DNA from: a virus
Lineage: Duplodnaviria; Caudoviricetes
Strand: one strand, 5' to 3'
Length of the DNA stretch: 40,141 bases
Virus record (IMG/VR): IMGVR_UViG_3300030397_000085
Coordinates: 1-40,141 of that record
The notes under the pieces are model-generated. The model did no database searches. It saw only the letters and a program-made list of their open reading frames with translations, and was not told the DNA's origin. Shown here one piece after another: positions 1 through 10,174 of this stretch; the stretch's first letter is position 1; each line of letters starts with the position of its first letter. The translations under genes and the position numbers were made by a program.

Positions 1-17
1 GTTTCCCAGTCACGATC
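1..17 (+). other. Random-amplification (Round A/B, SISPA-type) primer GTTTCCCAGTCACGATC; library artefact
   Basis: Exact primer sequence at position 1, reverse complement at the far end; both terminal ORFs run into it without a stop. Confidence 0.92.
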
Positions 18-2339
18 AACGGTGCTAATAGATTTAAGATTTCTACCAGCAGAAGTATTGGTTGGCTTAAGTCTCGTGTTAGTAAAACTGGTAGCATTGG
101 GGAGTACAGATGCCCCTGCCGTAGTAACCAGAGCGTTAAGCGTGGACGTACCATCAACTCTGTAGCTAACTGATATACCAGTACCAGCGTTCTTATGATT
201 GACATAGACAACATATAGATTCTTAGACTCTCCAGGCGAGTTAAAATCGTACTCACCAGTTTCAATAGAAAGAGTACTGGAATGCATGGTGGTATCAGGT
301 TGCCAGGTCATGAACTCTTCTTTAGTGCCAGCCTCTGTATAGACTCTTGCTACGCCGTCTAAGTCAGTAATTATATTCGTATAGTTCTGACCAGCAGAGA
401 AATTGTCAATACCACCCTCCATCTTACTCCAGCCTAGCGTGGAGAAGTCAAAGACTCTTACCGAAACACTAGAACTGTTATTGGAGGAATCTGCCCATAT
501 AAAGGCTTTCTTTTCTAGAGCGTCATAGCCTATCTGCGGACTGTTTCCTATGAATGATCTCCACGAGTTCAGTTTCACCACACGACGACTGAAGTCGTTG
601 GGATCAAGAAATAGGTCACGAACCTGATTGCCATCATAGAGATAGCAGCCACGATTGTTGAACCACATTATTCCATACTCTGTACGTATTACCTGCCTAG
701 GACTGGAGACGCCGAGGTTGTCCATCTGAGCCTCCAAGAACTCAATATCCTGTGCAGTATTTATAATATATAGCGTCCTCTCTTTAAACTGTAACACCCT
801 GTCAGCGTACGCTTCTAAGGTTACAACATTCTCGCCATCTTGCCGTGCTACATCTAGGCGTAAGCTTTCACCGAAGTTATCGAACTTATTAGGCAGTGAC
901 TTGAACATACTGTCTGGGTATCTGTTATCTCCAACCCTTACTCCACCAATATAGGCAGTTCTGTTAGAAATAGCAACTGACTTGTAAACAGCAGATAGTT
1001 GGCTATCATTAAAATTGTTACCAGAAAGAGAGTCGTATGTGTCACCAGAAAGTCCTAGTACTGAAACGGTAAAACTAATATACTTGTTAGTTGCGGCGGT
1101 AGCTGTGCTGTTGGCTGTGTAGGCATTAGAATTCCAGCCTTCATATTCTTCTACTTTTTCAGATACAACACCGCCCTTGTCCATATCAATATCAAATGTA
1201 TGATACCATTCGTCTATTCCCTTTGAACTAGAGAATGAAGTAATATTTGCCTGGCTATTTAAAGCACTATATACTCGCATCTTTCTTATTCTTGGATTAA
1301 AGGGCTCTTGAGCATAGACAGATACAGCCATCCCGTAAGGAGCGGTTCCCACGGTGGAAGAAAGTATTGTTCTTCCAAGGAACTCATAAAGCCTTGATTC
1401 CTGAGATGATTTATCGTAAACAAAGGATACAGCATGAAAATATGTGCCAGAAGACATTGCTGCATCAACAAACTCGCTTGAACCTTTAGGTACAATCTTT
1501 ATATTTATACCAGCCCCGGCCGGTGGAAATATCGTAAATGGATTTCCAGACCAGGTTTCTGTGCTGATAGAAGAAGTTCCAAGCGTCAAGGAGGACGGCT
1601 GACTTAATATGGGCGCTATAGTTTGATTGTTAAATCCTCCTACAAAATGATCTGTTATCTGAGTAGAGTAATCATCATATGTTATGTCAACTGTCCCAGA
1701 CAAGGAAACGGTCAGAAGGGTTGAATTACTAGTCCCTTCGGCAACACCATTGACAATCTGACCTGCAAGTCCATGCGTAGGGGCAGATATCTCTTGATTG
1801 GCTGAATGCCAGGAAGAGTATACTGTGGCATTGCCAGTAGAGTCTGTAAAATGAAGACTATCTACATAACCCAACCACTTACTTACTGGCTTCGTGCTGT
1901 CCAGATTTCCATCGCTTATCCGAAGAGCGCCGTCAATGTAATAAAAAGTTGGTTGAAAAGTAGTGGTGTCATTAGTAGTAAGATGAATAGTAGTAAAACT
2001 AGTACCATCGCTCTCAATAACTTGTACACTTTTCCTCTGGTTGTTAGAAGATTTTCCAGCAACAGCAAAGTAATCCGTACGCTGAAGCCCACCTGTACTA
2101 GTATAGTCAGAAGAAAAAGTAAAGAGCCCATATCCAGGTTCTACCGTTTTAATATCACTTACAGGGCCCGAAGAAAGGCTGGTATCACTAGTAAACTTAC
2201 CGAGCATAGAAACTCTACCATCGGCAGCTACCTGTATATTAACAGCCTCCTTCAGCTCCCCAACTTTTAAATTCTTTGGAGACGGGTCATCTGCTAGACC
2301 TCTGTCATACCTATTAATTGTAATGCTCTCACGAGGCAT
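18..2339 (-). CDS. Tail nozzle / tail tubular B-like (stabilisation) protein, 3'-truncated
   Basis: Not in the ORF track. ATG at 2339 overlaps the upstream TAA (TAATG). Reads MPRESITINRYDRGLADDPSP...FYYIDGALRISDGN...SFVYDKSSQES...YADRVLQFKERTLYIIN...GCYLYDG; beta-rich; no stop in the segments I translated. Confidence 0.7.
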
Positions 2340-2836
2340 TATTGGCCTCCTAGCCAGCTTTCTAGTCCAAGTTTGTCTCCAGTCCCGATTGTGTAAATGA
2401 ATCGAGCTGAATCACCCCACTGCCAGTTATTAAACTCTGGCAAGTTAAAATATACGTCCCTGTCTACTGCCCGAACGTTAATAAGCGACCGTGCCACTGT
2501 ATCTGCGTCAGCACCGAGCCTATAAGCACCCCACTCACCAGAGGCCGCACTGTATAGTTCTATACCTAACGTAAGACAGCTATCAAGCCCTGAGCCATCT
2601 ACGGCAGAATCAGGATCAAGCCAAAGTGTATTAGCACCTGCAAGCATCCAGACTGGAACAGCATCTGAGGTAGCAGAAGTCGTGAAAGTAGTCTTCTCGC
2701 CCTTGGCTCCGTATACCTTAAACCAGCCATACTGGGCAGGGGTTGTTTTTACGTAGGAACGATCAGCATCAACGCCAGTAAATAGAATACCAGCAAACAT
2801 AACGCCAGCAACGATCCATCCAAGTAATTGTTTCAT
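2339..2836 (-). CDS. Tail-region beta-rich protein with N-terminal signal peptide
   Basis: MKQLLGWIVAGVMFAGILFTGVDA: basic N-terminus, hydrophobic core, V-D-A cleavage site; AGGAG SD. Confidence 0.7.
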   Translation of the reverse strand: MKQLLGWIVAGVMFAGILFTGVDADRSYVKTTPAQYGWFKVYGAKGEKTTFTTSATSDAVPVWMLAGANTLWLDPDSAVDGSGLDSCLTLGIELYSAASGEWGAYRLGADADTVARSLINVRAVDRDVYFNLPEFNNWQWGDSARFIYTIGTGDKLGLESWLGGQ

Positions 2837-2844
2837 TGTTTCTC

Positions 2845-4281
2845 CTAGTGAGCTTTACGTTTCAAAAATGTCTTGCGAGACTTGTAACCAAAATCTCTAT
2901 CTGTTTCTTTACCGCCAAATCCCAACCCTGCGATATTGTATAAATCCCCAAGCAGATTTTCTACATAATTCTGCTCAGTCTCACACATTGGGTAATCGTA
3001 TACACGCATCTCTTTTACTGCTGCATTTAAGGCGTCGGTATTAAAGCGGTAGCCAACTTGAGAAAGAGTATAATTAAAATTTCCATCTGTATTAGTGCCT
3101 TGCTGTGTGCCGTCTATGTAGATGGTTGCATTTGTCGTATCAAATAGGAAAGTAAAAAGATAATAGGTATCAGTTTCAAGCGCCTGGTTGTGGTTCAAGG
3201 TTACGGTATTATCCTGATTTCCCCTAGCTAGTGAAGCTGTCGCGTTACTATACCGAATCAGATTTGACGCATCCAGCGAATCACCAAACCAGGTGCCCGC
3301 ACTTGAGAAGTCGCTGATAGATCCAACCACAAAGACAGTGAAATATTTGTAGGTTTCTCGGGATGTTACCATGTTCTCCGTGTTACTGCCGTCAAAGACT
3401 ATGGCGCCGCCTAAGATGGTGGGCTGTAGCGCCCCGGTAGTTTGGGACAGGTTCACAGAGTTTCCAGATTGATCCGCCCACGCGTTCACCTTTCCACTTG
3501 AAGATGTCACACCAACACTCGCCTTATACTGCTGCGCCATTACGTCAGCGGAGAAGGGCAAGTCTGTTTTCCATGTGTTCATGTCAAGGGTGCCGTTGTA
3601 ACTGCCAACTCTGTCGGTTATCGTATTGCCGTTACCCGTCTCGAAATCCCAATAAGCCACAAGGCCACTAATCGCGGTCGTTGACACTTCCCAGGTATTG
3701 TCAAATATTTCAAGAGGGGATAGAGCACGATTATACACCTTAACCTCGTCAACAATACCCTCCAACGATCTATCAGATCCACCATCATGCTGTGGAGCGT
3801 TGGTTCCAAGATACCAGAATTTAGAAAACGGCGTAATTGCTAGCGTCGCCGTTGGATTTGTGCGGGCAACAAATTTTCCGTTGACGTATAAACAAAGGCT
3901 ATCACTGCCATTATACATCCCTGTAATGTTTTCCCAACTTCCCACAGTTGCATTTGTAGCAGTTTCAACGGTCTCCCTTGTGGATGTAGTAGAATCTTGA
4001 ACAATCATCGCCCACTTGGACGCTGTGGTAATAACGTCACTTTCTGGACTCACCCCGAAAAAAAAGTCGTTTGAAAAGCCCGAACGGTCAGTGTTTATGA
4101 TATTTCCATTGTGAGTGTTGTTGTCGAGCTTTACCCATGCCGAAACAGTCCACTCTGTGAGCGTAGGTAGTTTTCCCACCCTAATTGAATCATTTTGAAA
4201 GTCGAGGGAATAGTCATTTTGAGCCAACAATGACGAGCATAGAATAATTATTAAGGCGATAGTCTGCTTGACTCTAACCAT
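2845..4281 (-). CDS. LamG/concanavalin A-like lectin domain protein (two domains) with signal peptide
   Basis: WTVSAWVK, LYVNG, GIVDEVKVYNRALS, GLVAYWDF, second domain WADQSGN...IYIDG; N-terminus TIALIIILCSSLLA/Q. Confidence 0.8.
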   Translation of the reverse strand: MVRVKQTIALIIILCSSLLAQNDYSLDFQNDSIRVGKLPTLTEWTVSAWVKLDNNTHNGNIINTDRSGFSNDFFFGVSPESDVITTASKWAMIVQDSTTSTRETVETATNATVGSWENITGMYNGSDSLCLYVNGKFVARTNPTATLAITPFSKFWYLGTNAPQHDGGSDRSLEGIVDEVKVYNRALSPLEIFDNTWEVSTTAISGLVAYWDFETGNGNTITDRVGSYNGTLDMNTWKTDLPFSADVMAQQYKASVGVTSSSGKVNAWADQSGNSVNLSQTTGALQPTILGGAIVFDGSNTENMVTSRETYKYFTVFVVGSISDFSSAGTWFGDSLDASNLIRYSNATASLARGNQDNTVTLNHNQALETDTYYLFTFLFDTTNATIYIDGTQQGTNTDGNFNYTLSQVGYRFNTDALNAAVKEMRVYDYPMCETEQNYVENLLGDLYNIAGLGFGGKETDRDFGYKSRKTFLKRKAH

Positions 4282-6221
4282 ACGTTATCTCCTATATGTA
4301 AAAGTTCCAGAAAATCATAACCGCTGCCCGTAATCCAGTCACCATTTAGTTTTATATTTTTTTCATTCTTGAATCGTCTTCCTGATCCTGATACTTGATA
4401 AATCCTAATTGTGGAAAGGTAAGGCATGTGAGCACCGTTGATAGTGTCGATTCTAGCTGTTGTATCGTGCGTATATAGATGTATGCTTCTTAATGGTGTG
4501 AAAATTGAATCCGTTACGGTTAGGGTCATATTATCGCTAATGTTTGGCTGAATATCTACCGGCCAATCACCTTTAACGATCAAGTCATCATCGCTATCAA
4601 AGTTATACCGTAATTCATTTCCAAACCATACGGAGTCTACCTGTGTTCCATAGAAATGATTATCAATAATCCACGTTGAGTCGATGGTGCTACCACCAAC
4701 ATCGACTCCGATAGGAAAATCAATAAATACGTTATCAGCGATCCTTGCACCGCCTGGATTTGTGCTGCTTTGCGCAGCGAAAACTATGCTTTTTGGGGTG
4801 GTTGTCGTCGTTCTGTTTATGATCGTATTCCCAGTGATATGAGCGCCGGTAATCCTGCCTTGAAGATGAAAGATTGCGGTATTTGCACTTGTGCCGTCAT
4901 CAGTTAATATCATTAAGTTGTTTTTGATGTGCCAATCAGAATATACTCCACTTCCAAGTTCCGCCTTCAACAAGAAGAAATATCCTTTTGATGCGTGACC
5001 GATAAATTCAAGTGTGTTTTCTTTGATATATACATCACGAGGGTTTGTTCCTGTCAACTCAATGAAACGTAGGTTCTGGAAATTATTATTGTTGATATAG
5101 ATGTGGTGAACAGTTGTTGCAGTTGAACTATTCATATCTATTCGCATATCTGACCCGGTATTACTGTTGTCGTATATGTAAACATAGTTGGATTCAAAAA
5201 TATCAAGATGCGTGTTTGTTCCACTATTGCTAACAGAGTCAGTAAAAACATTTCCGCGAATAGTGAAATTTGTGGCAAATGACGGTTCGATACCATCCTG
5301 CGGGTCTACATATCCGATTTGGTTGTCGGATATAATCACGTCTGTTGCATTCTTGACAACTATTCCCTCACCAACCGTGTCAATTTTGCAGTTTTCAACT
5401 CTGGCCTTTATCACTTCTTCAATCCATATGGCGTTACCAAATACGTCGAATATCTCAAGATTCTTGATTGTAATGTCTCTCAGTGAATCCTGACTTGAGG
5501 TAACCGCCCAAATTCCACCACGACCGCCACCGGCAAAGCTTGCTCCTGATTGCCCCGACGTGTTACCATCAAGCTTACTGCCAAAACCATCAAACACAAG
5601 AGTGTCGCAATCAACGAACTCAAAAAAGGATTTCAGTGTGACAGAATTGATAGTGCCGTTAGCCATAAACATGTCTGCCCGGAGTTCAACAACAATATTA
5701 TCTTTGTCGGTAAAAAGAATCTGTTGTGTATTTGAACTGTTTAATATAAATTTCCCGCCATCGTGTGCGGCTATCTGTAACTTGTCGCCATCCGAAAGCG
5801 AGTTCACTGCAAGTTGTATCGCGGTGTGATCGGCAGTTGCATCACCTGAAATGGCTCCAGCCCAATAAACATCAATGGTCTTTGTTTGCAGGTATTGATC
5901 TCTAACCCACTGCATCCCAGGGGTCGGGTGAGGATAGGCTTTGACTCCCTCCGCAAATGCACTGTCTCTGAGTGAAAGCCACCCACCACCATTGGCGTTT
6001 GTGCTGGAAAGAGATTTTACATAGACTGAATTTACACCAGAAACTATGTCCACTGTTGTTGTGTCGTCAACATAAAGCATATCCCTGGAGTTCGTAAATA
6101 TACCACCGCGATCTATTTTTATAGTATCCGCCCAAGCAACGCGATTCCCAGCCGGAACCTGAGCCGCCAAAGGCATAGCAATTAAAGCTGCTGTTATGAG
6201 CGATTTCAAAAATTTCTTCAT
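4251..6221 (-). CDS. Tail spike-like right-handed beta-helix (pectin lyase-like) protein with signal peptide
   Basis: DVYWAGAISGDATADHTAIQLA pectate_lyase_3-like start, followed by I/V-x-x-N beta-helix repeats; N-terminus MKKFLKSLITAALIAMPLAA/Q. Confidence 0.8.
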   Translation of the reverse strand: MKKFLKSLITAALIAMPLAAQVPAGNRVAWADTIKIDRGGIFTNSRDMLYVDDTTTVDIVSGVNSVYVKSLSSTNANGGGWLSLRDSAFAEGVKAYPHPTPGMQWVRDQYLQTKTIDVYWAGAISGDATADHTAIQLAVNSLSDGDKLQIAAHDGGKFILNSSNTQQILFTDKDNIVVELRADMFMANGTINSVTLKSFFEFVDCDTLVFDGFGSKLDGNTSGQSGASFAGGGRGGIWAVTSSQDSLRDITIKNLEIFDVFGNAIWIEEVIKARVENCKIDTVGEGIVVKNATDVIISDNQIGYVDPQDGIEPSFATNFTIRGNVFTDSVSNSGTNTHLDIFESNYVYIYDNSNTGSDMRIDMNSSTATTVHHIYINNNNFQNLRFIELTGTNPRDVYIKENTLEFIGHASKGYFFLLKAELGSGVYSDWHIKNNLMILTDDGTSANTAIFHLQGRITGAHITGNTIINRTTTTTPKSIVFAAQSSTNPGGARIADNVFIDFPIGVDVGGSTIDSTWIIDNHFYGTQVDSVWFGNELRYNFDSDDDLIVKGDWPVDIQPNISDNMTLTVTDSIFTPLRSIHLYTHDTTARIDTINGAHMPYLSTIRIYQVSGSGRRFKNEKNIKLNGDWITGSGYDFLELLHIGDNVWLESSRLSP

Positions 6222-6511
6222 TAAGAAGCCCCTCCAGGTGTAAGTGTTAATATGTTATCACCCCAGAGAATACTTCCAACAGTCTGAGACGGTACAGTAA
6301 TTACAGTAGTATTAGCATTAGTAATCACTATAGTTGCCTTGAATGTCTGAGAGACTTCTGCATAATAGATACCATCACCGTTGTCGGAGAAAGTGTATAC
6401 AGCCGCCCCCGAGTATCCAGAGGAGCCAGAGGACCAGGCGTATGCTCTTACTGTGTAGCCAGAAGCTCCCAGTCCAGTATTTGCATTTTTAACTTCAATT
6501 CGATTCTTCAT
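6221..6511 (-). CDS. Small virion structural protein (beta-sandwich-like)
   Basis: G/S/T-rich, translationally coupled in the tail operon. Confidence 0.55.
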   Translation of the reverse strand: MKNRIEVKNANTGLGASGYTVRAYAWSSGSSGYSGAAVYTFSDNGDGIYYAEVSQTFKATIVITNANTTVITVPSQTVGSILWGDNILTLTPGGAS

Positions 6512-6897
6512 TATTTCACTGATCCTGTATAATTAGATAAGCCCATACGAGGCGAACCCAACTTGGAATTACGCTCTCTCTGGACATAATAACGAAACTT
6601 ATTCATGTTCCACTCATAGAGTCTTATATCGCTGTCCTCAACGGCCTTAGCCTTCACGTAATGGACGATCGCCAGCCCAAGGTATCTACTGACCCCTATA
6701 TCTGTTTGCTCGTCTCCTGGTGCGGCTATGGTCACTGTATACTTTAAGAGAATAGCTGAGCTATCTGCTACTGTGGGAGTAACATAGATTTCATCTCCAT
6801 AGTCTACATGTGGATCATATATAATTTCCTGCGTACGTTGCAGGAGTGCGATTTTGTCGCCATCAATGTCGTATCTGTAATCGTAAAATGTTGCCAT
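6511..6897 (-). CDS. Putative head-tail adaptor/tail protein
   Basis: LGLAIVHYVKAKA helix typical of adaptor C-termini; gene position. Confidence 0.5.
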   Translation of the reverse strand: MATFYDYRYDIDGDKIALLQRTQEIIYDPHVDYGDEIYVTPTVADSSAILLKYTVTIAAPGDEQTDIGVSRYLGLAIVHYVKAKAVEDSDIRLYEWNMNKFRYYVQRERNSKLGSPRMGLSNYTGSVK

Positions 6898-7205
6898 TAT
6901 ATCACCACGATATCTGTAGAGGAGGAGTATGAGATTGCTGTGCTCGTCTCTTCTAGTTGAACATTTAAAACTCTACCAATTTTTACATACCTACCCTGGC
7001 TATCAAACTTTCTATAAACGCCCTTGAGGGTCTCCATGTTGCTGGGTAGAGAGTATAAACGAGTACCAGCCACTACATTGTACTTAGTGTACGTAGTCTT
7101 AGCTGGCATGATTCTCTGTATCTCTTGCAATGCATCAGCAATATATGCACGAACTAGGCCAGGGCTTCTTAAGCCCGTGCGTTCCATTATTTCAAGAACT
7201 GTCAT
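6897..7205 (-). CDS. Putative head-tail adaptor/tail tubular A-like protein
   Basis: MTVLEIMER...YIADALQEI...VAGTRLYSLPSN pattern of adaptor N-termini. Confidence 0.55.
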   Translation of the reverse strand: MTVLEIMERTGLRSPGLVRAYIADALQEIQRIMPAKTTYTKYNVVAGTRLYSLPSNMETLKGVYRKFDSQGRYVKIGRVLNVQLEETSTAISYSSSTDIVVI

Positions 7206-7206
7206 A

Positions 7207-7311
7207 TTACTTTTTCTCCGGTGTCTTGGATGGCAGTCGCTTGCGAAAGTTTTCTTTTAACTTGTCATAGAACTCGATAGCAAGCTTAATTGCCCGTAAA
7301 ATCTTATCCAT
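7207..7311 (-). CDS. 34-aa basic amphipathic microprotein (MDKILRAIKLAIEFYDKLKENFRKRLPSKTPEKK)
   Basis: AGGAG SD and ATG; fills the gap between flanking genes. Confidence 0.5.
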   Translation of the reverse strand: MDKILRAIKLAIEFYDKLKENFRKRLPSKTPEKK

Positions 7312-8170
7312 CTCTTTTTTCTCCTTGAGCCTGCATAGAAAGGGCCATCATTCTACTATTCCTGGAAACGTAAGCAGCAACCTCTTTCTCTGCCTGGGCA
7401 AGCAATAGCTGCGCCTGTTGCAGATACCTTGAGGTATGCATGTTATTCCCTTCCATTCCCTTTATCTCTGCAAGTGCTCGGTTAACCTCCTGAGCTGCGA
7501 TGCCTAATCCAGAAGCAATCATTTCAGGGTCCTCGTCATTAAGGAAGAATTCAACGTCCTGTCCCTGAGAGAGTGCTGTACTGTTATCGATTAAGTCTCT
7601 TGCCTTATCTAATGCATCACGACCCGCCCCTGTAGAGGTGTTAATCTCTGACAGTGATTGTACAGACCAATACGCAGAGGCTGCCATAGCATCTAAACCA
7701 GCAGCGTAAAGTATCATAGGATTCTGTAGTTCATCGAGGGTTGTAGTCGTTGTAGCAGAACTAATCGTTGGGATTCCAACAAATGACACTACTCCGGGTT
7801 GCCCAGATGTAGGGTCTGGCTTGATATACAGCTTACCTCCAAGCAAGTAAAACTTGGGAAAGATTGCAGTTCCAGCAAACAGGGAGGTTTCTGTCAACAC
7901 CCCGGAGTGTGCATAAATTAGTTCTTTAGGCAATTCATCGCAGATTATACCATTTCGCCTCACCATAACCACTCTATCGTTTAACGTATCGTAGCCTGAT
8001 CCATCGGTAATATTGCTACTATCCTCCGCCATGAAGGTAAGCAGGTCTTTAGGAATACTGTTAATTAAGAAGATTGCACCAGCATTCAGAAAGTCTACCA
8101 CCTCGACATCGGAGGTTTCATCTGTAGTTGTTTGTGATAAAGCTCTAACTTGAGCCAATAGAGTAGCCAT
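7304..8170 (-). CDS. Head-tail connector/ring (adaptor-like) protein
   Basis: MATLLAQVRAL...FLNAGA...PKFYLLGGKLYIKPDP...MILYAA; helical C-terminus. Confidence 0.55.
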   Translation of the reverse strand: MATLLAQVRALSQTTTDETSDVEVVDFLNAGAIFLINSIPKDLLTFMAEDSSNITDGSGYDTLNDRVVMVRRNGIICDELPKELIYAHSGVLTETSLFAGTAIFPKFYLLGGKLYIKPDPTSGQPGVVSFVGIPTISSATTTTTLDELQNPMILYAAGLDAMAASAYWSVQSLSEINTSTGAGRDALDKARDLIDNSTALSQGQDVEFFLNDEDPEMIASGLGIAAQEVNRALAEIKGMEGNNMHTSRYLQQAQLLLAQAEKEVAAYVSRNSRMMALSMQAQGEKRDG

Positions 8171-8234
8171 TTAGATAATCCTTTCAGGATATCTACTAGG
8201 TTTGCTTAGCATAACCTAATTGATCCTCTTAAAA

Positions 8235-8696
8235 TTATTTTAATACTATCTTTTCGTATAGTGACATGTACTGTTCTGTAAGCTCCTTAGCCTTACTGGT
8301 TGCTTCAAGTGTTTCAGCAATAGCAGCAAAGACCCTGGGCTTAATATCGATGGACTTGGCATATCCGTCAGCGACCTCCTTATTGAAGGCAATGTTCTGG
8401 CGACTACGATCTTCACCAATCTTTACAGTGTTGTTACTGTTGCAATTGGGGCAATAGTAGAGGCCGTCTAATGCTGATGGGACAATTCCACCTTGATTAT
8501 TGAAAAGAGTACCACAATCCGAACACTGAAAGTCTGTAGGGAATGATGTGGTAATGTCATACTTGCGAGTTTCTTCTTCAGTAAAGGTAATAGCGTCACG
8601 AGCCTTAATGGTTTCCTTCATGGTCTCATAGTCATGCATTCTCGGTAAGATGCCAAACAGTAAGATACGTTCTTCTATATCAAGTTTTATACGCAT
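8235..8696 (-). CDS. Hypothetical phage protein with inserted zinc ribbon
   Basis: EERILLFGILP...LYEKI scaffold carrying CSDC...CPNC. Confidence 0.55.
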   Translation of the reverse strand: MRIKLDIEERILLFGILPRMHDYETMKETIKARDAITFTEEETRKYDITTSFPTDFQCSDCGTLFNNQGGIVPSALDGLYYCPNCNSNNTVKIGEDRSRQNIAFNKEVADGYAKSIDIKPRVFAAIAETLEATSKAKELTEQYMSLYEKIVLK

Positions 8697-9262
8697 TATA
8701 TTTTATATTGCCTTATGTTATAGCCATAGAGTAGACCATTGCGTGTCTTCAAGAGAGACGTATGCTCTTCCTGAGTTCTTACTTCAACGCCCATACCCTT
8801 GGCGATTCCCATCCAGAATTCACATCCTGGCTTCTGATCTATGTATTCTTGTTTTACTGTCATATTGATGCCCAGAAGATTAATAACGTCTACTCCCTCC
8901 CACAACGCGTACGCGATAGCATATTCAATTGTAGAGGTAAAATAGTTGGTCTTAAACTTCTGACTGATTTCATCAAGCGGGAACTCTTTACTGTGAGGGA
9001 TGCGTTTCCACTCGTACAGTGTAAAGAACTCCATATCCGGATTTGCGTTAGCGTGCTGTATACAAAGGTTAGTTGACGAGTGACTGCTAGGTTTCTTCAG
9101 GAATTCCTCTAAATCATGCATATGGAAGGTCTTGGTGACCTCAGGAGTCCGAAGGAAGGCGTCATTGATACCGTAGATTTCAGAACCTTTCGGCAACTTT
9201 TTGACAGCCTCCCATCCTTCTCCCTTGCCCAGTACATGAACTATTCTGGGTTTCTTACTCAA
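8696..9262 (-). CDS. Sialyltransferase-like (GT29/GT42/Maf DUF115-type fold) protein
   Basis: VHVLGKGEG, IYGIND, TSTIEYAIAYALWEG, INLLGINM: the GxG...N...S(T/S)...A...G..I.L.G.(D/N) pattern. Confidence 0.55.
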   Translation of the reverse strand: MSKKPRIVHVLGKGEGWEAVKKLPKGSEIYGINDAFLRTPEVTKTFHMHDLEEFLKKPSSHSSTNLCIQHANANPDMEFFTLYEWKRIPHSKEFPLDEISQKFKTNYFTSTIEYAIAYALWEGVDVINLLGINMTVKQEYIDQKPGCEFWMGIAKGMGVEVRTQEEHTSLLKTRNGLLYGYNIRQYKI

Positions 9263-9271
9263 TGATTCTCC

Positions 9272-9601
9272 TTACGAGCTATAAAGTAAGATGTATCGAT
9301 TGACAGTACCACCTGTTGAGGTCTGTACTTGAATCTTAATCTGACCGACTGTATCAGTAGAACCACCGCCAGCAACAACGCCATTAGCTGTAGCCGTAGC
9401 AGTTGTCACAAGTACCCGAGATGTGGGTGCGATAGTTACACTTAACAGTCCTGTCGGATCAGATACAACAGAACTCCAGGTAATCTGGGAAACATTAACA
9501 TTACCATCAGTAGACGCGTTGCGTGCAATGATAGCAATAGATTCTGCTTCACCGGATGTAATAGTACTGCCTGGATTATTTGCGATCCAATATTTAGACA
9601 T
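9272..9601 (-). CDS. Putative capsid decoration/head fibre protein
   Basis: S/T/G-rich beta protein two genes downstream of the MCP. Confidence 0.45.
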   Translation of the reverse strand: MSKYWIANNPGSTITSGEAESIAIIARNASTDGNVNVSQITWSSVVSDPTGLLSVTIAPTSRVLVTTATATANGVVAGGGSTDTVGQIKIQVQTSTGGTVNRYILLYSS

Positions 9602-9615
9602 AAAGCCCTCCCTTC

Positions 9616-10095
9616 TTACGCACCAGGCGTATAAGTTAAGAACTCGTCCGTGCTTAGATCATCTACCGGCACAGGAATGTACGTCAAGAAAACATCAATC
9701 TTGCCAGCGTTAGCTCTATTTCCACCAACAATCAGATCGAAAGTGTCATTAGCAGTAAGCACATACGGCAACTGATACGTAGCACTAGAAAGAGCAGAGT
9801 TACTATTACCAGTAATAATAGTACCCAGCGTTGCAGCGCCAGACGCATGAGCCGTACTAAGCATACCACCTACACCGGTGAATCCAATCTGAACCGTAGC
9901 TGCATTTGTCGACTCCACAGCCGCAGAAACACGACCAGTAAAGCCAAGGACTACAGAGCCTTTCGGAACTGTAAACAGCGTATAGGTTGTAGCCGCAGTC
10001 GTATTAGAAACGTCAACCACGAATGACTTCGTGATCGGGAAACTAACCGTCTGAAACTTGTTGGTTCCCTGTACGGGATAGTATTTATCAACCAT
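9616..10095 (-). CDS. Putative capsid cement/decoration protein
   Basis: LFTVPKGSVV...ATVQIG...DTFDL...AGKIDVFLTY jelly-roll-like pattern; directly after the MCP. Confidence 0.6.
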   Translation of the reverse strand: MVDKYYPVQGTNKFQTVSFPITKSFVVDVSNTTAATTYTLFTVPKGSVVLGFTGRVSAAVESTNAATVQIGFTGVGGMLSTAHASGAATLGTIITGNSNSALSSATYQLPYVLTANDTFDLIVGGNRANAGKIDVFLTYIPVPVDDLSTDEFLTYTPGA

Positions 10096-10174
10096 TATAT
10101 TTACTCCTTGCCTTGATAGGCTATCTTAGGAATTATCCACGCTAGAATAGTCAAAGACTAACTAGGGGGAGGAA

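Noticed and set aside
2845-6221. Diversity-generating retroelement acting on tail genes
   Set aside because: No reverse transcriptase and no TR/VR repeat pair seen in the window
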